This document shows, in pieces, positions 10,902-21,003 of a stretch of DNA of 64,000 nucleotides (the first letter of the stretch is position 1; every line of letters starts with the position of its first letter). The notes beneath the pieces are model-generated. The model worked only from the letters and a program-made list of their open reading frames with translations. It was not told the origin of the DNA and ran no database searches. The stretch lies in contig OY969585.1 of NCBI GenBank assembly GCA_963701295.1, forward strand, positions 1,344,001-1,408,000. Direction: 5' to 3'. This DNA comes from Ignavibacteriota bacterium (GTDB lineage Bacteria; Bacteroidota; Ignavibacteria; UBA10030). A program made the translations under genes and the position numbers.

Positions 10902-12176
10902 ATGATGAACAAAATATTCGGGAGTTTCGCTACCTGTTTGGTTAGCCTCTTTGTGATTGTGGTCATGTCAGGTTGTAAAGAAGGTCCCACAGGTCCTGCA
11001 GGTAAAGATGCTTTTGTCGGCGCTCTCGAAGGCTATGCCCCTGGCATTCAATGCGCTACATGTCATAGTGCAGATTCTGATACAACATATCGAGTTGTTG
11101 CAAGGGATGTTCAATATGCTACATCAGAGCATGCTGTGGGTGGTGATTTTGCACGCAATACGTATGATTGCGCTGGTTGCCATACGAATGAAGGTTTCTA
11201 CGACCGTTATAATAGGGGTTTTACAAATGAAACATTTAACATCAATGCTCCTTCAGTAGAAATTTGTACCCAGGGTTATCCTAATGCAACACCTCCCGGC
11301 TGCTTTACCTGCCATGCACCTCATCAACGTGCCAATTTCACAGTACGTGATTCCGGTGCAGTAAATATCTTTACGCTTGTTGCTGGACAGACAACACAGA
11401 TATGGAACAGCAGTGCAGCATCCAATTTGTGCGTAAAGTGCCATCAACCGCGAATGACTTCGACATTTATGTGGGCAACTACCTCTTCCAGTGGCATAAC
11501 ACCAGCGTCTTGGCAGCCGGATCCATCAAAAATAAATATAACAGATACGGCAAAAATCTACACATCGCGTTGGAATAACCACGTCTCAGGTGAGCCGGCG
11601 CAAACTTTACTTGGTACCGGTGGATTTGAATTCACGGATTATTCGAATTATCAAAGCTCATATCATACTACTTTAATAAACAACAAAGCGCTGGGTTGCG
11701 AAGATTGTCACATGGCAACTGTGAATGGCGGTAATCAAAACGGCGGGCATACATTCTGGGTGCGTTATCTTGCATCAGGCTCGACAAGCCCATCCTATAA
11801 TGTAAATGGCTGTAATGTATCCGGGTGTCATACAGGCCTTACAGCTTCAGCGTCCGATGCACACTGGGGAGAGCGTGCAACAATTATTGGAGAGACTGCA
11901 CAACTTGCTAAAATGTTGATGGATACATCAATTACAAATAAGTGGTCACAGAAAAGTAAAATTCCTTGGGTGACAGTAACTGCTGGCACGATTGCAGGTG
12001 ATTCCACTTATGGAGTCAATGCAACGGGGAGTAAGCCGCTGATTATTGCTCCAGCTTATAAAGCCGGTGCGATTTGGAATTTGCAACAGGTTCAATATGA
12101 AAAGAGCCATGGTATTCACAATTATAAATATGTTAAGGCTCTGTTGGATAATTCGATTGCAGAGCTTAATAAGTAA
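10902..12176 (+). CDS. Lipoprotein multiheme cytochrome c (OmcB-like architecture)
   Basis: Lipobox MSGC followed by GPTGPAG; 5 CXXCH plus CNVSGCH; C-terminal SHGIHNYKY. Confidence 0.82.
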   Translation: MMNKIFGSFATCLVSLFVIVVMSGCKEGPTGPAGKDAFVGALEGYAPGIQCATCHSADSDTTYRVVARDVQYATSEHAVGGDFARNTYDCAGCHTNEGFYDRYNRGFTNETFNINAPSVEICTQGYPNATPPGCFTCHAPHQRANFTVRDSGAVNIFTLVAGQTTQIWNSSAASNLCVKCHQPRMTSTFMWATTSSSGITPASWQPDPSKINITDTAKIYTSRWNNHVSGEPAQTLLGTGGFEFTDYSNYQSSYHTTLINNKALGCEDCHMATVNGGNQNGGHTFWVRYLASGSTSPSYNVNGCNVSGCHTGLTASASDAHWGERATIIGETAQLAKMLMDTSITNKWSQKSKIPWVTVTAGTIAGDSTYGVNATGSKPLIIAPAYKAGAIWNLQQVQYEKSHGIHNYKYVKALLDNSIAELNK

Positions 12177-12222
12177 GACCAGGTGCTGCAATACCTAAGC
12201 ATTATCATGTATTGTTTCAACA

Positions 12223-12255
12223 TGTGCGGGAGTAAATCTCCCGCACACTTGTTTT
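12223..12255 (+). terminator. Probable intrinsic terminator
   Basis: TGTGCGGGAG-taaat-CTCCCGCACA followed by a T-rich tail. Confidence 0.6.
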
Positions 12256-12356
12256 CAATTAAATCCCTTCTAAGTGAAACCTTCATATTCAGTTCTGTGT
12301 TGTATTTCGCAGAGTGATTGTTTATTATCTTAATCATCGAATAAAAGGAATATGCC

Positions 12357-14604
12357 ATGATCGGTACTGTTGTCATCTGGATTGCTTGTCTTGCTGGTTT
12401 TACTTCGGCTGTGCTGTATGCATCGTCTATAAAAAAACCAAAAAATCTTCTCAAAGCCCGCAGCGGTTTTATCCTGACGGTTATCAGTGTCATTTTAGGT
12501 TCTGCGCTTCTTATGATTTATATACTCCAGCACCGGTTTGAATATAGCTATGTCACAAATTATAGTTCTCGCGATTTACCAACTGCGTTGCTGATCACAA
12601 CCTTCTGGGCAGGGCAGGAAGGGAGTTTTTTATTGTGGGCATTATTTGCTGTAATCATCGGTATTATTCTTCAGCGATACAGCCGACACAAAGGAATGGA
12701 AGCGGAAGTGATGTCCGCATACTCTCTGGTGATTGCTTTCCTTATTCTGTTGATCTCTATAAAATCTCCATTTCAATATCTTTGGGAAGATCATCCGAGC
12801 GAAGTTCAACCAGGGTTCATTCCTCAAGATGGACGTGGTCTCAATCCGCTTTTACAGAATTTTTGGATGATAATTCATCCGCCGGTACTCTTCATTGGAT
12901 TTGCATCATTGGCAGTTCCGTTTGTCCTCGCTATGGCAGCTCTTTGGCAGAAAAAGTACAATGAATGGATTCGTTCAGCACTTCCGTGGGTGCTTTTTAG
13001 CGGATTGTCACTTGGTTCTGGACTTATATTTGGAGGCTATTGGGCATATGGTGTGCTTGGCTGGGGCGGATGGTGGGGCTGGGATCCGGTAGAAAACTCA
13101 TCGCTCATTCCATGGATCGTTGCCGTTATCCTTGTTCATACGATGCTTATTCAGATGTTAACCGGCAAACTTGTACGAACAAATTTTATTCTTACAGTGT
13201 TAGCGTATCTGTTGATTATCTACAGCACGTTTCTGACACGCAGTGGAGTTCTCGCGAATGCTTCTGTGCATTCGTTTGTAGACCCTGGTTCGCTTGTTTA
13301 TACATTCCTGGTTGTATGGCTGGCGCTCATTGCCATTGGTGGCTTTGGAATGATTATTCTGCGGCGAAAGGATCTGATGAGTAAAAAACCAGCCAGCGCT
13401 TTGATGACACGTGAGTCCCTCCTGTCCATTGCCACGATTGTGCTGGGTGTTTGCGCGGCGATTATTCTGTTTGGAACAAGCAAACCTTTGTTTTCCGATT
13501 CGGTCGTTGAACCTGCTTTCTATGACCGCACGACTCTTCCTCTTGCGACGTTGATGACATTGTTACTGGGATTCAGCCTGCGGGTTAAATGGAATCAGGA
13601 GGATCGACAACTACTTTTCAAGCGCCTTATAATTCCAGGTACTTTCTCTGTTCTTGTTCTTGCTGTTCTTGTCTTTTTAGGCCTGCATGATGTGTTTGCA
13701 GTACCTGCTTGTTTTGACATCACTCTTCGCTTTTTTTGTTAGTGTCGATCAAGGATTTCGTTTGGCAAAGGAACGACTGCTTTTTATCGGCGGGGCGCTT
13801 GCTCATACAGGATTAGCCGTATTGTTCATTGGCATTATAGCTTCTGGGCGTTATGGACAGAAACAATCCGTTGCGCTTCCACTCAATCAGTCTCAATGGG
13901 TTTTCGGGTACAAGTTGACCTATAACGGCACTCAACCGACAGAAGATGGTAAAACAAAATTTATTGTCCATGTGGATCAAGAGGGAAAGCGTAAAACGTT
14001 TGAACCGGTTATGTTTGAGAGTATTTACAATAATAGCCTCATGCGTAATCCAGACTATAGCAGTTACTGGACAAAGGATTTTTACATCGAACCGGTTTCT
14101 CTTGAACAGAATAACACAGAACAACAAAACATTATCGATTTACTAAAAGGAGAAACTATTCCTTACGGTCCCATGACGATCACATTCCATAAATTTGATC
14201 TTTCATCACATGACAAAGGCAAAATGTCGGGAGGCAGCGATGGTGCTATGACTATCGGTGTTGTGCTTGAAGTGAAAACAGAAAAAGACATTCAGACCGT
14301 TGTACCAGTAACAACGTATACTTCGAAAGGCGCAATGGAAATGAAAACTGCCTATTTACAGAATAGTCATATTGGATTCCAACTAGTATCGATGAATATA
14401 GGGACAGGCAAAGGAGAAAGATCCCATGTGCGCATCAATGTCGTGGGAGCGGGGGAAAATCATGGAATGAATCAGAAGCCTGAAACACTCATCGCTGAAG
14501 TGAGTGTGAAACCGTTTATGAATTTTGTATGGATTGCTGCTGTGTTGATTATAAGCGGTTTGACAGTAGCGATGGTGAGACGATTGAAGCCGAATAACAT
14601 CTGA
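12357..14604 (+). CDS. ccmF: Cytochrome c heme lyase CcmF/NrfE (system I), split by a +1 frameshift near 13704
   Basis: WAGQEGS, GLNPLLQN, IHPP, WGGWWGWDPVEN, TRSG...SVHSF. ORFs 12357-13742 and 13687-14604 join if one C at 13704/5 is removed. Confidence 0.9.
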
Positions 14605-14666
14605 AGTAATCCTAAAGGGTTTTTCCCACGTACAGCATACCAGATTGTTTCCCTCCCACCAAACAC

Positions 14667-14692
14667 AACGGGCGGCACAAATGCCGCCCGTT
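14667..14692. terminator. Hairpin between convergent operons (bidirectional terminator or REP-like)
   Basis: AACGGGCGGCA-caaa-TGCCGCCCGTT. Confidence 0.55.
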
Positions 14693-14737
14693 CAACTTCA
14701 CACGTAACTATGGCTGTTGAATAAATACTATCACACT

Positions 14738-15454
14738 TTATTCTTCTGATTGAAGAATATTCTCTTTGAGATAGATGAATTTATTTGCTTGGTTCATCAC
14801 GAGCATATCTTTCGGAACAATTTTTAGCAGTCCACGATTCTGAAAATTATCTAACATCAAATTCAAAATAAAGTGTACTTTAAAGTACAAACCTGATTCA
14901 GTACTCTTTGCCTTCATTGCCTCGTTTCGAACGACAGTCCATTTGAAATCGGGATCGAATTTCAAATAAATACGAGATTGTCGATAACCACCCTGAATAC
15001 TATCCGATAGACCAACATAAGGATTTTTCGGAATGACGCAACCAGTTGTTGGAATTTCGTATGGCGCTTCAACTCGTGTTGGGGATTTCACAGAATACAC
15101 TCCTGCATCAGCATCGTACTGGATGAGTGTTGCCTTGAACCACACACCAAATACTCTTCGTTCCAGCTTGGCATCCTTGATATGTCCGTTCAGTTTATCC
15201 ATAAATGTCTGCCGTGCTTTCGCCGCGCGCGTATGGAATTCCGCTGTTGTCTCGAACTCATCACGAGTTCCAGTCTCCTTGATAAGCTGGTCAGTTGTCT
15301 CTCTTAAATAAGTCCACTCATCTTTCAGAATCAGAGAAAACAACTCAGGTGTAAGATCATCGTCTTGAAATGCCGGTTGTTGTGCTTCTGCCAGCTGCAC
15401 AGTGGCTGTGAGTAAAACCAAAAGAGAAAATATGACGGTGATATTCTTCTTCAT
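14738..15454 (-). CDS. Exported hypothetical protein
   Basis: ATG 15454 with an AAAGGA RBS; signal peptide MKKNITV...AEA; RDEFETTAEF motif. Confidence 0.7.
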   Translation of the reverse strand: MKKNITVIFSLLVLLTATVQLAEAQQPAFQDDDLTPELFSLILKDEWTYLRETTDQLIKETGTRDEFETTAEFHTRAAKARQTFMDKLNGHIKDAKLERRVFGVWFKATLIQYDADAGVYSVKSPTRVEAPYEIPTTGCVIPKNPYVGLSDSIQGGYRQSRIYLKFDPDFKWTVVRNEAMKAKSTESGLYFKVHFILNLMLDNFQNRGLLKIVPKDMLVMNQANKFIYLKENILQSEE

Positions 15455-15488
15455 ACTACATCCTTTCAAAAAGTACATTGAACATGAT

Positions 15489-16910
15489 CTATCGTATCGA
15501 TATAATATTCGCAGAGAGTGTTTTTGCAATCCCATGCGCATTTTGTACACAGTCCCCTACCGATATGCCACCGCGATAATTTCCGGCAAGCACAATGCCC
15601 GGATGGGATTCTTCAAATTGTGTTAGTGCATCTATTTTGTGCTGGTAACCGATTTCATACTGTGGAATCGATTTCTGCCAGCGTGTCAAATGTAAATATA
15701 CAGGATTTCCGGAAAGTTGCATGATAGATTTAAGTTCATCCAGCGTTATTTGAATGATGCGTTCATCGTTCAGGGTTGTCAATTCAGGCTGCCGTGCGCC
15801 GCCGATAAAGGCATTCAACGCAGCCATTCCTGCCGGTGCACGATGAGCAAAAAGGCAGGAATTCCATAAACAGCCGAGAATCTTCCTTTTCTCCTTCGAT
15901 GGAATCAGGAATCCAAAACCATCTAACCGATGTTCTATCTGTTCGCGCTTCACCCCTAAAAAAATAGAAACGATGGGTGAATAGTAAATGGAAGATAACA
16001 CGTGTGCTGTATTCACAGACAGCGATTTAATGAGTGGGGAAGCGTCGTATGCGGGGATGGCGAACACGACACTATCCGCTTCCATTTCTGTTTCTTGATC
16101 ATTATGAAGATATTCAACAAGATAGCGGCGTGCATCGGGTTCGTTCGATGGCTCGTTGCGCGCGGTGGTTAAATTTCTGATGTTGGTGACTTTTGCATTA
16201 AGAATAACCGAATTGCCAAGTGAAGTGGCAATGGCACACGGAAGCATTTGCATTCCGCTAACAAATGAAAAGGTCTCTGCGCGGTCTTTTGCTTTCTCGG
16301 CTCTCTGTTTTCTTTCCCGTGCACCTTTAATCATTCCTTTGACAAGTCCGCCGTACTTTTCTTCCAAGGCGTAGAGTTTGGGAAAAGCGGAACGCACACT
16401 GAGTTGTTCCGGCTTTCCAGCAAAAACTCCGGCAACAAATGGATCGATAGCATAGTCAAGGAAATCCCTGCCCAATCGTCGCTCCACGAATTCAGCAATG
16501 CTTTCTTCTTTTGTTGCTTTTCCGATGAACGGGTCTTTCATCACTCGGAATTTTGCAGCGGGAGAAAAGAGTTTTGTCGAAAGGAACGAACTAGGTCCAA
16601 GTGGCATGGAATGTAAAATACTATCCCGGAGAATGTACCGATTCTTGCCTTCAGGGTTTGCATATACAAATTCCGATTCTAATTTCAAGTCGGAGACAAG
16701 TTCCTTAATGAACGGAGTCGTTTCCAAACCGGTGTTTGCGCCTGTCTCGTACAAGAAGCCATGATCCTGTACGGATTTCATCGTTCCACCGACTTCGCGT
16801 TCTTTCGCCAGGACGGTTACCTTGATGCCGCGTTTTTTCAACCAATACGCAACGCAAAGTCCCGTGATACCTTCGCCGATAACGATGACATCTGTTTTCG
16901 TTGGTCCCAT
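15489..16910 (-). CDS. hemY: FAD-dependent protoporphyrinogen/coproporphyrinogen oxidase (HemY family)
   Basis: VIVIGEGITGL Rossmann motif, ETGAN, GFGFLIP, SIPQY, GNYRGGISVGDC. Confidence 0.9.
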   Translation of the reverse strand: MGPTKTDVIVIGEGITGLCVAYWLKKRGIKVTVLAKEREVGGTMKSVQDHGFLYETGANTGLETTPFIKELVSDLKLESEFVYANPEGKNRYILRDSILHSMPLGPSSFLSTKLFSPAAKFRVMKDPFIGKATKEESIAEFVERRLGRDFLDYAIDPFVAGVFAGKPEQLSVRSAFPKLYALEEKYGGLVKGMIKGARERKQRAEKAKDRAETFSFVSGMQMLPCAIATSLGNSVILNAKVTNIRNLTTARNEPSNEPDARRYLVEYLHNDQETEMEADSVVFAIPAYDASPLIKSLSVNTAHVLSSIYYSPIVSIFLGVKREQIEHRLDGFGFLIPSKEKRKILGCLWNSCLFAHRAPAGMAALNAFIGGARQPELTTLNDERIIQITLDELKSIMQLSGNPVYLHLTRWQKSIPQYEIGYQHKIDALTQFEESHPGIVLAGNYRGGISVGDCVQNAHGIAKTLSANIISIR

Positions 16911-16986
16911 AGGTGTCTAAGTATAGAGTAAAAGGTGATAAGTAAAAAGTATAACAAACATGTATTTGAGATTTTGTTCTTAGAAT

Positions 16987-18093
16987 TTAAGATTTATTCT
17001 TTGCGATTTGAAATTTGCTCCAAGGACAGAGAACAGGCATTGATCGATCTGTACAATTCTTCCAGAGTACCTCGCACGTTCTGGGCTGTACGTCTGATGC
17101 AAGTTGTGCTTGAACGAGTTCAGCTAGACATTGGATATATTTTAGATGATCATTCAATGCAGGCATCACTTCGAATTGTTCAATGCCATATGCCATCGCG
17201 TGCCCGCGCACGTCGATATTGATTTCGTGCAGCGTCTCAATATGATCGGTGACGAATGAAACCGGGATAACCAATAGATGTTTACGGTCTTTACTGGCAA
17301 TGTGTTCGATTGTTTCAATGAGTGATGGTTTCAGCCATTTCATTGATCCGACCTTACTTTGATAACAAAGTGAATGTGGAGAGTTCCACTTTCCACGCTC
17401 TACGATACATCGCACTGTCTCTTCCACCTGCATTTGGTACGGATCGCCGCGTTTGATGTAGCTTAGCGGGACACCATGCGCGCTAAAAATAAGATCGATG
17501 TCTGTCGATGCGATGTTATGAAACCGTATGAGTGCTGAGTTTATATTTTCTACTACAGCTTCGACAAACAATGGTTGACTGGGATAACAACAGACAAGTT
17601 TTGTCGGGATGACGCATCCTTGTTTCTTCGTTTGACGTTTCCATTCGTTCATGCTTGAAAGCGTTGTTGATTGCGAGAATTGAGGATAGAGCGGCAATAG
17701 GATTACTTGCTCAAATTCATCTGCTTTAATTTTTTTTACTACTTCATCAATCAGCGGATGCCAATAGCGCATTGCAATGAAGACGCGTGCATTAATATTT
17801 CGAGATCGCAACCTGGACTCTAAAGCAGAAGCTTGACGTTGTGTGAGATCGAGAATTGGAGACTTACCTCCTATTTGCTTGTAATTCTCTACAACCTTCA
17901 CTGATCGACGACTTGAAATAAATTTTGCCAGAGGTCTCCGTGTAAGAAATGCACAGGGGAAATCGATGATGTCAGGATCTATAAAGAGATTGAAGAGAAA
18001 TGGTTCAATCGCTTCAAGTGAATCCGGTCCGCCAAGCTGAAAGAGGACAACAGCCGTTTTTTTTTGAAAAGTAAATTTCAAGTTACCAGTCAT
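16987..18093 (-). CDS. hemH: Ferrochelatase
   Basis: QLGGP, GGKSP, AMRYWHP, LPLYPQFS, FSAHG, YQSKVG...WLKP, FVTDHIETLHEI. Confidence 0.96.
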   Translation of the reverse strand: MTGNLKFTFQKKTAVVLFQLGGPDSLEAIEPFLFNLFIDPDIIDFPCAFLTRRPLAKFISSRRSVKVVENYKQIGGKSPILDLTQRQASALESRLRSRNINARVFIAMRYWHPLIDEVVKKIKADEFEQVILLPLYPQFSQSTTLSSMNEWKRQTKKQGCVIPTKLVCCYPSQPLFVEAVVENINSALIRFHNIASTDIDLIFSAHGVPLSYIKRGDPYQMQVEETVRCIVERGKWNSPHSLCYQSKVGSMKWLKPSLIETIEHIASKDRKHLLVIPVSFVTDHIETLHEINIDVRGHAMAYGIEQFEVMPALNDHLKYIQCLAELVQAQLASDVQPRTCEVLWKNCTDRSMPVLCPWSKFQIAKNKS

Positions 18094-18146
18094 GAGTTCT
18101 TCGATTTCGGTTTCAGTCTATCATCTCTGCAATCTCACATCTCCAA

Positions 18147-19190
18147 TTATGTATGATATTTTACACTTTCTTCCTTCACTGCTTGCACAAATGCTTTCGC
18201 ATGTTCAACAGGAATATCCGGTAAAATACCATGCCCCAGGTTGAAAATATGACCTGAGCCTTTGCCAAATTTTTCTAATATTTTCTTCACGCCTTCGCGT
18301 ATACGTTCCGGAGGTGCATAAAGTATGGTCGGATCGAGATTGCCTTGCAGTGCCGCATAACTGCCAACCATCATTCTTGCTTTGCCGATGTCGATGGACC
18401 AATCTAAGCCGACGACATCGCATCCAATATCGGCGATCGCTTCAAGAGAATGAGCACAATCCTTGCAAAAGACAATTGTAGGAGCACCATTGCGCTTGAG
18501 CAGTTTTAGCACCTGATCAATATAACGAAGTGAGAACTCACGGAACTCATCTGGAGGTAGTATGCCGCCCCACGTATCGAAGATTTGCACGGCTTGAGCT
18601 CCGGCTTCAATCTTTGCACTCAGATAAGCAGCAACTGAACGTGCAAGTTTATCGAGCAGCACATGTGCGTCTTTAGGATGAGAATAAATAAGTTCTTTCA
18701 TCGCACGGAAATTCTTCGATCCTTTTCCTTCTACCATATATGTTGCGAGCGTCCACGGTGAGCCGGCAAAACCAATAAGCGGAACACGGTTGTTTAGACT
18801 TTTACGCGTTAAGCGAAGCGCGTCCATTACATACTTGAGTTTGTGATTCGGATCCGGCACAATAAGTTTATCAATGTCGGCACGTGAACGTATTGGATTG
18901 TCAAAGCGCGGTCCGCCAGTACCTTCTTCTACAAATAATTTCATACCCATTGCTTCCGGTAGAACGAGAATATCGGAGAAAATGATGCATGCATCTACAT
19001 CGATGATATCGATAGGCTGGATGGATACTTCTGACGCAAGTTCCGGTGTCTTGCAGAGTGTAAGAAAATCCACTTTTGCACGGATAGCGCGGTATTCCGG
19101 CAAATAACGTCCAGCTTGACGCATCATCCATACGGGTGTGCGTTCGGTAGGTTCTCTTTTGCAGGCACGTAGGAACAAGTCATTGATCAT
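18147..19190 (-). CDS. hemE: Uroporphyrinogen decarboxylase
   Basis: PVWMMRQAGRYLPEY, FSDIL, LQGNLDP, IFNLGHGI. Confidence 0.97.
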   Translation of the reverse strand: MINDLFLRACKREPTERTPVWMMRQAGRYLPEYRAIRAKVDFLTLCKTPELASEVSIQPIDIIDVDACIIFSDILVLPEAMGMKLFVEEGTGGPRFDNPIRSRADIDKLIVPDPNHKLKYVMDALRLTRKSLNNRVPLIGFAGSPWTLATYMVEGKGSKNFRAMKELIYSHPKDAHVLLDKLARSVAAYLSAKIEAGAQAVQIFDTWGGILPPDEFREFSLRYIDQVLKLLKRNGAPTIVFCKDCAHSLEAIADIGCDVVGLDWSIDIGKARMMVGSYAALQGNLDPTILYAPPERIREGVKKILEKFGKGSGHIFNLGHGILPDIPVEHAKAFVQAVKEESVKYHT

Positions 19191-19288
19191 CTTTGTAGAT
19201 CCTCTTTCGGTTTTAAAATTACAAATTGGAGGCTGAAGTAATCTTAATCCTTAATCCTAAATTTTAACTTACCAATTCTATTTTTAAT

Positions 19289-20062
19289 TTATTGAACATA
19301 GTTTTCTAGTGCTTCAACCAACCCTTCGGCTGTAGCTTGCTGAGCGAGAATGGCTACGGTCAATCCGAGCTGTTGTGCGGTTTCTGCCGTTGTCGGACCG
19401 ATTGCAGCTATTGCTGCATGTGCCAGAACTTCTGAGCCAATCATTTCTGTAAAGTTGAGAATACTTGAGGGACTAAAAAAGGTTGCAACATCAATTTTGT
19501 TTTCCAGGAACATTTGGCGAATTCGTTCAAGGTTATCTGGGTCCGGAATAATAGTTTGATACACAATAATTTCATCCACTTCCGCACCCATGGAACGGAG
19601 ATGCTTTGGCAATTCTTCTCTCGCGATACTGCTTTTCGGAAACAGAATCTTTGCACCCTTGATCTGGTGTGCCTGTAGCATTGCCGTGAGTTCTTCTGCC
19701 GATGCATGTTTCGGTGTTGCAAGAACCGAAAAACCGCAAGATTCAAGAGACGTTTTCGTCTTTTCTCCGACAGCAAAGATGTTACGTGTTGCAAGTGTAT
19801 CGACAGCTTGTGGACGTATGGAACGAATACGATCTATAAATTTTGTCACCGCATTCTTACTAGTAAAACAAACACTCGAATATTCTGCTAACTTCCAGAT
19901 AGCTTTATCGCATACATCCCAAGACTCAGGATTTTTAATTTCAATGGTCGGGAAACAGATCACAGATACTTTCTGGGATTCTAGTAGTGAGCGAAGCTCA
20001 GCGCTTGAATCCTTTGATCGTGTTACGAGTATGGTTTTACCTGAAAGTATCAAAATGGTCAA
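19289..20062 (-). CDS. hemD: Uroporphyrinogen-III synthase
   Basis: ILVTR, FTSKNAV, AVGEKT, FFSPS, AIGPTTA; position in the hem operon. Confidence 0.92.
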   Translation of the reverse strand: MTILILSGKTILVTRSKDSSAELRSLLESQKVSVICFPTIEIKNPESWDVCDKAIWKLAEYSSVCFTSKNAVTKFIDRIRSIRPQAVDTLATRNIFAVGEKTKTSLESCGFSVLATPKHASAEELTAMLQAHQIKGAKILFPKSSIAREELPKHLRSMGAEVDEIIVYQTIIPDPDNLERIRQMFLENKIDVATFFSPSSILNFTEMIGSEVLAHAAIAAIGPTTAETAQQLGLTVAILAQQATAEGLVEALENYVQ

Positions 20063-21003
20063 GAAGAAGTTGTATGTCTGATTTCGTTTAAAATTTCTTT
20101 GCTGCCTTGTTTTAGTAATTTTTCTGCAAGCTCAATTCCTATTCGTTCCGCATCCGCGTGACTTCCACTCAGGCTTCCTTTCACAATGCGTTTCCCATCC
20201 AGGCTTCCGATCACTGCATCGAGCCGAAATTCGTTCCCTTGTACCTGTCCGTATGCACCAATAGGAATTTGACAACCGCCTTCGAGATGACGAAGAAGAG
20301 ATCGCTCGGCAGCCACAGTGAGAGCAGTCGGAACGTGATGAAAAGTGCGAAGGAGCTCTTCAATGCGCTTATCACCATTCCTTATTTCAACAGCCAGAGC
20401 TCCTTGACCGACAGCAGGGAGCATGATTTCATAAGGCAGGATTTCAGTGATTCGCTGTGCCCAGCCCAACCGCGTCACACCAGCTTTGGCGAGAATCATT
20501 CCATCCCAATTTGATTCATCAAGTTTTTTTATTCGCGTGTTGAGATTTCCGCGAATGTCGACAATCTGTATGTCTTGCCGCGCGTTGAGTACCTGACATT
20601 TACGTCGCAGACTTCCGGTCGCGATAACAGCATGACGTGGAAGAGTCGTGAATAATTGGTTCGGGCTCTTCGGATGACCAATAAAGATATCGTGTACGTC
20701 TTCACGTTCCAAAACAGCGGCAATCGCAAGACCTTTAGGAATAGCAATCGGAACATCCTTGAAACTGTGAACAGCGAGATCTATGCGTTCGTCTAACAAT
20801 GCCACTTCAAGTTCTTTTGTGAAAAGCCCTTTATCTCCGATCTTTGCAAGCGGCGTGTCGATAATCTTATCGCCTGTGGTTTTGATTATCTGCACATCGA
20901 TGACGATGCCGGGAAAGCGTCCTTCTAAGAGTGCTTTCACGTGACGTGTTTGCCAAAGTGCCAGCTCACTGCTGCGCGTGCCAATGCGAACATTAATCGG
21001 CAT
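20059..21003 (-). CDS. hemC: Porphobilinogen deaminase
   Basis: RIGTRSSELALWQ, GDKGLFTKELE, AVHSFKD, LEGGCQIPIG; ATG 21003. Confidence 0.97.
   Translation of the reverse strand: MPINVRIGTRSSELALWQTRHVKALLEGRFPGIVIDVQIIKTTGDKIIDTPLAKIGDKGLFTKELEVALLDERIDLAVHSFKDVPIAIPKGLAIAAVLEREDVHDIFIGHPKSPNQLFTTLPRHAVIATGSLRRKCQVLNARQDIQIVDIRGNLNTRIKKLDESNWDGMILAKAGVTRLGWAQRITEILPYEIMLPAVGQGALAVEIRNGDKRIEELLRTFHHVPTALTVAAERSLLRHLEGGCQIPIGAYGQVQGNEFRLDAVIGSLDGKRIVKGSLSGSHADAERIGIELAEKLLKQGSKEILNEIRHTTSS

Noticed and set aside
19239-19260. TAATCY short tandem repeats (similar low-complexity tracts near 17000, 18125 and 23250)
   Set aside because: Too short and degenerate; possibly scars of lost intervening genes, but not demonstrable.
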